Part shown: piece after piece, positions 57,397-64,000 of the stretch | How the letters are laid out: the number at the start of each line of letters is the position of its first letter | Position numbering within the stretch: the first letter of the stretch is position 1 | Assembly (NCBI GenBank): GCA_010356995.1 | Contig: ML996705.1 | Location: 248,001-312,000, forward strand | Length of the DNA stretch: 64,000 nt | Direction: 5' to 3' | Source: Trichodelitschia bisporula | Lineage: Eukaryota | Translations under genes and position numbers: made by a program | The notes under the pieces: generated by a model | What the model was told of the DNA's origin: nothing | Database searches by the model: none | What the model saw: only the letters and a program-made list of their open reading frames with translations

Positions 57397-58602
57397 CGTG
57401 CTTGTGTTGTTGGGGGTGTTGGAGGTGGTGTTGGAGGTGAGGTTGGGGTGCCCTCAGGGGCGCGTGATGGGATGTGACGAGATCGAGGGCGGCTGGGGGG
57501 TGCGGGGAGAGTCGGGGCGGTGGTGATGCGCGCGGAGGTTAGGAGTGAGGATGGAAGGTGGAGTGAGTGCGACTGAAGTGCTGGGAGAGAGTGCGCCGTC
57601 GTCGCTATGCCAGCTCGCCGCGCATGACGTTGGCAGATCTTACATGCAGGATATCGAGTGGCGGCTGCAGGCGTGCAGCGGACGAGATTGGCCCCTTGCC
57701 GGGGGGTGAGTGAGGCTGTGAAGAGGGACGACAGCGAAGCGTACGAAGGTGTTCTGTCAGTTGTCACTGTGCGTGAGTTGCGGCTTAATATGGCTCTGAT
57801 TCTGAGATGTTGACGTATGTTGTGCTCGGTGTGTACGTCGACCGTCAAGCATGCGGTCAGCAATACGGCCTGTTGTGTTGCGGACCGTTGGGTGTCCTCG
57901 GCTTCATTTCCCCGAGGCGGAGCGTCAGGCCAACCACTTCGCCCGCTTTTTGTGGATGGCAATGTGCACGATTCGCGCGAGAGAGCGGTATGCGATGCAT
58001 CAGGCGAGAAGCTGACAGTAGATCAGATATATTCCATTTTCAACCCGCCCTCCTCTACCATCACCGTCAAAAAGCGCCCATTGTCCAATCTCTGCGGACA
58101 TATATATCCTCCGTCACACACGCAGAAGTGAACCCAAAGACAGCGAAGATCCCTCGTGATATCCCATCCTAAAATTGACTCCTCATCCTGATTTTCCACC
58201 CACGATGCGCCTCGCCGCACGAGCGAACCTCTCGATACTGACAGCAAGGAAAGCGAAGGAGCAAAGACTGAGAACCCAAAGGTGCCGCCGGTGTGCAGCC
58301 GTTGACGGCCGCGCCAAAATGCTATCATTCAAAATGCACGCCTGCCGGAGATGACGCCTTCGTCCATCTGAGCGTCTCGATGTTCAACCATCCAGACACA
58401 CCGCACGTCCCGTTGCTAGGCCAAGAGCAGTTAAAACCAACGCTCAACTCAAAGAAACACCCAAAGATAGCGTATGCTAGACCCAAACAACAGGTATAAG
58501 GAATATGTCAAGAGACCCAACCGGCATAGATACGCACATCAAGTCCCTACGCAGATGCAAACTCGGCAAATGACATCCAAAAGATGCACAGTTCTAAGAA
58601 CG

Positions 58603-60276
58603 CTACAATACCCCTCCGGGTAGCTGGACGGCTCCACCAGCAAACCTTCCGCCGTCATTTGGCCCTTGGCCTGGAGAAGCACTTGTGGGCGGCTGGCTGA
58701 TGGTTTGGACGCTTCCCTCCATCGGACTGGCGTGCTTCCTTAGCATGAACATAGGCTTCCTCCCCTCTCGGTCCAGTTGCTTGAAGAGTATCAGAGGCCG
58801 TTCGTTGAGACCGAGACACCGTTCCTGGTCACCGTGTACGATGTACAAGGCATATTGTCGCCAGTCGGCCGTGATGTTATATTTTTTCAATGCCACAGGG
58901 AGCACCTTGTGGCACGGATCGTCGATACTGACACGGAACGACTTGAAGATTTCGACCTGCGGATTGGAGGAGCCCGGAGTCCCTCCTCCGCTCCCGCCGC
59001 CGCCCGAGGCTGAAGCTTGCGTATTTGAAGTGCTACCCGTACCTGCAGAGCTCTCTCTTAGCAGACCTGGTGTTGCAGAACCCGGCGCAGACCCTGCGGA
59101 TAGCGGTGGATCTCTGGTCGAGGCAGAGCGCTCGGGAAGAACGGTCGAGGTGTTGGAGTACTGCGAAGTCCACGTGTTCTCCGATTCCCGCGGGAAGGAC
59201 CGTGCCGGTGGGCCTGCGGAATTCGGTGGTGCATAGGCGGGCGACGTGGGAGAGGGCTGGCTTGGTGAGCCCGTATCGCGCATAGACGCCGTAAGGTGTG
59301 TGGAAGCAGCCATAGCGGCGGCTGAAGGATCGAGACTTGAGGTATCCTGTAATGTGCGTCCTTCAGGAATCGTGGTGGGAGAAGGGTTCTTGGGTCCGGA
59401 GCCGCTGAGAAAGAGGCGCTTCGTGGAGAACTTGCGGGAAAGCCCGCTGGATTTTATCTCGGGCGCGGGATGGTGGTCTTCCGGCTTGATGGGTAAAGGC
59501 TGCGACCGATCTTTTGCCTGCTTGATCAACGGAAGGACATCTTCGCGAAGCTTTCTGTTTTCTTCCGCCAGGCGGACGAGATCGTCTTTCAAAAGACGCA
59601 TATCCGCGTCGCGATCTTTAATGATGCGGATGATGCGTGCAATGTCGTCTTGCGTAGGGGCGGTTTCCTGCGTCTCTTCGGCCGCTGCAAAGTCAGCAAG
59701 CGACGTAAGACGGGACCCTGCAACTTACATAACGGGATGTAGTGCTCCGGCTCTATAGGGATATTTTGCTTCACCTTGAGCTCGTATACGCCTTTCAAAA
59801 TTGTGAGGCGGTGACCGATACTCTGGATGCCAATCTCTTTCAAATCGGAATGCACCAGGGCAACAAGCGCGTCGCCAGCAATGGATTCGTCTGCGTCAAA
59901 GAATCAGCATTGCATGAAGACATGATCACAGAAGCCAGGCGCCTCAGATGGAAAGCAGCCTATATGACATACCTATAAAGCTATCGGCGTATTGCGGGAG
60001 GCCCAGAGAGGACACAAAATCGGAGCATTGCTCAGGAGTCCAATCTGTAATGAGGCCGCTTGGGGAGACAATGTCTCGCGCAAAGCCCTGGCCATGGGGG
60101 GAGGGTGGTTCGCGATGGAAGAAGGACGTCGGGGTCTGTTCCGTGGATGGAGCCTCCGAGTCGGTAGGCGAAGACTCGAAATCGGGCGGCAGTGAGGGGG
60201 ACATGACAACGCTTCGCTCGTACTCGTCGTCGGCGTCTGAATCTTCGTGGTAGCCTGTCGTCATGTAGGACGCCAT
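58603..60276 (-). CDS. STE50: MAPK adaptor Ste50 (SAM and Ras-association domains)
   Basis: SAM: WTPEQCSDFV..LGLPQY..IAGDAL..LKEIGIQSIGHRLTILK. RA: FKSFRVSIDDPCHKVLPVALKKYNI..KPMFMLRK. Two introns. Confidence 0.95.
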
Positions 60277-60622
60277 GGCAGGCGTTCGTCGCGAAGGATT
60301 ACAACCTCCACTTGCGCCTTACTCAACCGATGCAGCCAAGTGTCCCGAGAATAACAAGGTTGCTACGCAGAGAGGAGAGCGTTCAAGATTGTTTGGCCGG
60401 AAGTGCGGGTGGGCGCTTCAAACGCAGGCGAGGAGGGGGTAGGCGTTGCGCCGCAATGGGCATGGGGGAAGCGACTTGAGGCTGACGTGTCAAAGGATGT
60501 TTGCTCGACGTTCGAAGGAAGGAATGAGGTGAAGACCAGGTAGCGATGGCGGGACGTAGATGAAGTGTGGGGTGGGGGTGCTTGCGAGTGTGGGGAGGTT
60601 TGATGTGGGGAGGTAGAGGTTT

Positions 60623-60652
60623 NNNNNNNNNNNNNNNNNNNNNNNNNNNNNN
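60623..60652. other. Assembly gap (30 N)
   Basis: Run of N inside a G-rich tract upstream of STE50. Confidence 1.
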
Positions 60653-61206
60653 TGGTGAGGCGGGGGGGTGGTGGTGGTGAGAGACTAGGCGGGAGTGGGA
60701 GAGGCGAAGTCAGCTCGAAGAGGAGAGAGAAGTGCGACAAGAGCCTCTGGCTGGTCCAACAGACTGCCAGGGGCGGCTATCGGCTGGTTCGCCCGAGTAT
60801 CCGTCTGGATTGGCTAGGCTGCATTGGTTAGGAGGAGATAATAGACGCGCGGATGGATCTTCCCCCTTGCCCATTTTCCCCATTCTCCGCCGTTGTTCTG
60901 CGGGTGGTTGTTAGCTCCATCATCTCCTCCGGTGCTCCTTATTGTACCTGGTTCGGCTCTGCTATCACATCTTTGTTTCCATCCCGCAACCCCCACCACC
61001 ACAAACAACGCCATCCAACAAAAAACACTCTCTGTTCACAGACACCTCTTTTATCCCATATGCGCACATAGCCGCTTGACGCACTCCTCCGACCCCTTTA
61101 TCGCTAGGGCGCTTCACCCTCCCGAGTTACACGCAACAAGCACGCCAGTGTCCAATATACACACGCTCAGCGAACCATCCCGACACAACCACCGCCCCCC
61201 CTGAAA

Positions 61207-61668
61207 ATGGCTTCCAATTCCGTCAAGATTCACACCTCAGACCTCCCTCGGCCTTCGCGTCAGGGTGGGAATACTTCAGCACCGCACGTCCAAAGCACCA
61301 TCATGAAAGCCTTGCTGCAGTCCGACTCGGTTCCTGTCATTGAACACGCCATTATGCACGAACTGGCCGCCTCGGGATGGTCATCCAACCTTCGTGCTTA
61401 CGTCCAGGCTCTCGTTCGCAGCGGCGAGTGTCGCAGCTATGAAGAAATCATGCAACGTGTCCTTGCCGCCATTCACGTTGACACCGAGTCGAAGAAGGAC
61501 ATCCCCAACGGAAAGAACGCCAACGGAACAACAGAGCTTAGTGGTGTTGGTGGGGGGGATCCCTTGGACCCTCGCAACATCCGCGTGCCGGAGCGCGTGG
61601 TCCAGGAAGGAGTCAAGGTCATTCGCGGCGAGCTCGACAAGGTGTGCACGGTGGTCATCGACGACTGA
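61207..61668 (+). CDS. SUS1: Sus1/ENY2-like protein (SAGA/TREX-2)
   Basis: IMKALLQSDSVPVIEHAIMHELAASGWSSNLRAY and RVPERVVQEGVKVIRGEL resemble EnY2-family motifs. Intronless. Confidence 0.65.
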   Translation: MASNSVKIHTSDLPRPSRQGGNTSAPHVQSTIMKALLQSDSVPVIEHAIMHELAASGWSSNLRAYVQALVRSGECRSYEEIMQRVLAAIHVDTESKKDIPNGKNANGTTELSGVGGGDPLDPRNIRVPERVVQEGVKVIRGELDKVCTVVIDD

Positions 61669-62155
61669 TAGTTGTGGGATGGATTCATCATTGCGATGTG
61701 AACGTGACGCCGCCGGGTACGGCTTTTACAACTTTCGGTCAAGTCTCGGCGAGAGTATCATGACCAGCCCGATGCAACTGTAGTCCAGCGGGACATCTTC
61801 CGGTAGCCTCGACACCGGCATTACGGAGCCTTACGTGTCTCCACATATGGATGGGATGGATATGGATTGGGAAGACAAAGGCTCAGTTTGGTCGAGCCTG
61901 GATTATGCTTGGCTAGAGGAACTTCTTGTCGCAGGAATCTGGTCTCTGGAAGTCAAGGCTGTGATCTGTAGTGGGCACTCTGGGTATCATGAAGGAATCG
62001 AGCGCCACTTGGAACTGGCAGTTTTTAATGTGTATCTCTCGCATTCGCTCCATTCACGCTAGAAGTACAGAAACAAGAAGCGCCACTAGATCCATGCATA
62101 CGGTGGAGGTATTCATGCTCACACCCACTATCGGAAATTACCAAGCTTTTGGCAG

Positions 62156-63016
62156 CTACTTGCTGTCCTTGCTGTCCTTACTGTCCTCGCTGTCCTTGTT
62201 ATCCTTGCTGTCCTCGCCACCTTCAGGGCCAGTGCCTTTCGCGGTTTCGGGCTAAACAACAGTTAGCGGTAGCTCTTCCCACAATGGATTGATACACACT
62301 GGTCCTCATACCTGGGGACGGTCAGGCTTGATGGTTCCCTTGACCTTCGCCGAATCAACGGTGCCTTCACCCTTGCGGCTCTTGTCGGTATTCTCCGAGA
62401 CGTCGGACGAGTGCTTGGTGTCGGTGTTGGAATTGCCAGCCTGCTTCTTGCCACCCATTTCATCACCCTCACCGGAGCTCACGCCCTCGCCGACCTTGGT
62501 GCCGTAGCCGCTGTCAATGCGCTTTTTGTGGCCTTTGGCATCGACTTCAGACTTGTGGTCATCTGTATCCTCCTTGTTGGTCGGGCCTTTATTGCTGGGT
62601 GCGCCCTCCTCTGTGCCACTCGGAGAGTCTTTCGGCGCCCCCTTCTCCTTGGGATGATCCGGCACCTGCTTTTCCGGCTTCAGGTCATGAGGATCATGGC
62701 CATGAGGCTTTGTCGACGTGTCGCCAGAGTTGAGAATCATGAAGACACCAGGGACCGACACGCCCACAGCGGCAAGCAACCTGAAATGCAGAAGTAAGCG
62801 ACGCACTGCGCTGTAACAGGAAAGTGTCAATCCATTGCAAGGGAACACTTACCATGGGAGGTCACTGCTGGCCTGACGCATCGCAGGGGAGCTAGAGGAG
62901 CTGGCATACTGGCGGGCAGCGCAGCGGCGAACGACAGGCGTGCGAAGGAAGCTGGCAGGACGGACAAGGCTGGCAGAGGAAGGCATACGCAAGGCTGCCG
63001 TTCTTAAAGAAGCCAT
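62156..63016 (-). CDS. Hypothetical mitochondrial single-pass protein with hydrophilic tail
   Basis: Presequence MASLRTAALR...RQYAS, SDLPW-LLAAVGVSVPGVFMIL, tail KSRKGEGTVDSAKVKGTIKPDRPQ, last exon PETAKG..(DSK)n. Two introns. Confidence 0.8.
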
Positions 63017-63811
63017 TATGAAGCTGTTGAATGCGCAATTGAGAGAATGTGAATAAAGCAGTTGGGGTATGTACGGTGGTTTGGGGGGGGACAATGGGTT
63101 TACAGGTGTGCAGTTTGGTGAAGTTGATGGAGTAGAACTGGTGGAACCAGCTTGGAAGAAGCCACCCAGCAAGTCCCGCAGGGCAAGCCAGGCACGACCC
63201 ATCATGCTCGCGTCATCCGGCGTCTTCACCCGAGGTTGCCAAGCAGTACGGGTTCGTTAACCAACATCTAGATATCTGTTTACTTTCCTCCTATTTCAGT
63301 TAAGCCACCGCTATCCGAATCGATCCTCCTCCCCCAGAGCTGGGGAATCCGTGCACCGCCTGTGGCTGAGAAAGAAACCCCGCAGACGACAACCAAGTGG
63401 GAAAGCTACCACCGGCTCCCACTCGCGCCTTCCTAGAAGTCGACTTTCCTCTCCCCCCACCAGCAGACAATATCACCGTCGCGTCTTGGTCATAAGGCGT
63501 TACGTGATCATCTCTTCACAGGCACTTGAACTAGACCTCACCTCGTATCTTTCGCACCACTTCTTCAGGCTGTTTGTTTGCCCCGCACTTCCTAGCCTGG
63601 CTTTCCACAAACATTCACCATACAGCACCCGTCACCGAACCGCCTGCTTACCCGTGTCTTCGCTTGGCGCACATCTCTTGGACTGTATACCGTACGTAGA
63701 GTACAAAGCTTACCTAGTGAATCTGCTCACCTTCACCTAGTGTCTGGCAGCATTCCCCGAGCCGCCGTTTCGCAAGCCACCCGAAAGGCACGTCTGAACT
63801 AGATATCCAGC

Positions 63812-64000
63812 ATGTCATACGCTACTTCGGTAGCCAACCCAACAGGCCTGCTCCCTCGACTCCAAGATGAAGATCCCGACATCCGGTACATGGCGCTGAA
63901 CGATCTCTTCGAACTCCTGAATGCCACAGGGGCAAGCGTACTAGCTCATGATGCTCCAGCAAGCAATAGAGTTGCAGATGGTTTAGTGTCTTCTCTGAAG
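63812..64000 (+). CDS. CAND1: Cullin-associated NEDD8-dissociated protein 1, N-terminus (runs off window)
   Basis: MSYATSVANPTGLLPRLQDEDPDIRYMALNDLFELL matches the CAND1 N-terminal motif. Confidence 0.8.
   Translation, partial: MSYATSVANPTGLLPRLQDEDPDIRYMALNDLFELLNATGASVLAHDAPASNRVADGLVSSLK

Noticed and set aside
1..64000. tRNA, rRNA, TPP riboswitch, U12-type introns
   Set aside because: None recognised by eye, and all introns examined were GT-AG. tRNAscan-SE and Infernal/Rfam would be needed to exclude them.

Overview
Eukaryotic, intron-containing DNA from a filamentous ascomycete (Pezizomycotina; short GT-AG introns with CTRAC branch sites; a Dothideomycete-like source is only a guess). 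About 27 protein-coding genes, mostly housekeeping: OAC1, SWD2, a GNAT, RRP46, a PEX4-like E2, a RluA-type pseudouridine synthase, ASE1, TUF1, EHD3, TRS31, tyrosinase, NHA1, HEM3, a PLAC8 protein, STE50, a SUS1-like protein and the start of CAND1. An accessory block at about 28.7-37.5 kb holds a Ty3/gypsy RT relic, four tandem truncated copies of the 5' end of an orphan gene (ATG micro-exon, 50-nt intron, start of exon 2), a PD-(D/E)xK-like nuclease pseudogene, and the intact orphan gene in the opposite orientation. Other notable signals: two intact-frame probable pseudoenzymes (a secreted RNase T1-like protein and a Gfo/Idh/MocA protein), a repeat-expanded tyrosinase linker, and a strong C-rich-5' to G-rich-3' sense-strand gradient in a subset of genes. 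No tRNA, rRNA or CRISPR was recognised. Family calls come from motif recall, not database searches. Gene spans include introns and were spliced by eye.
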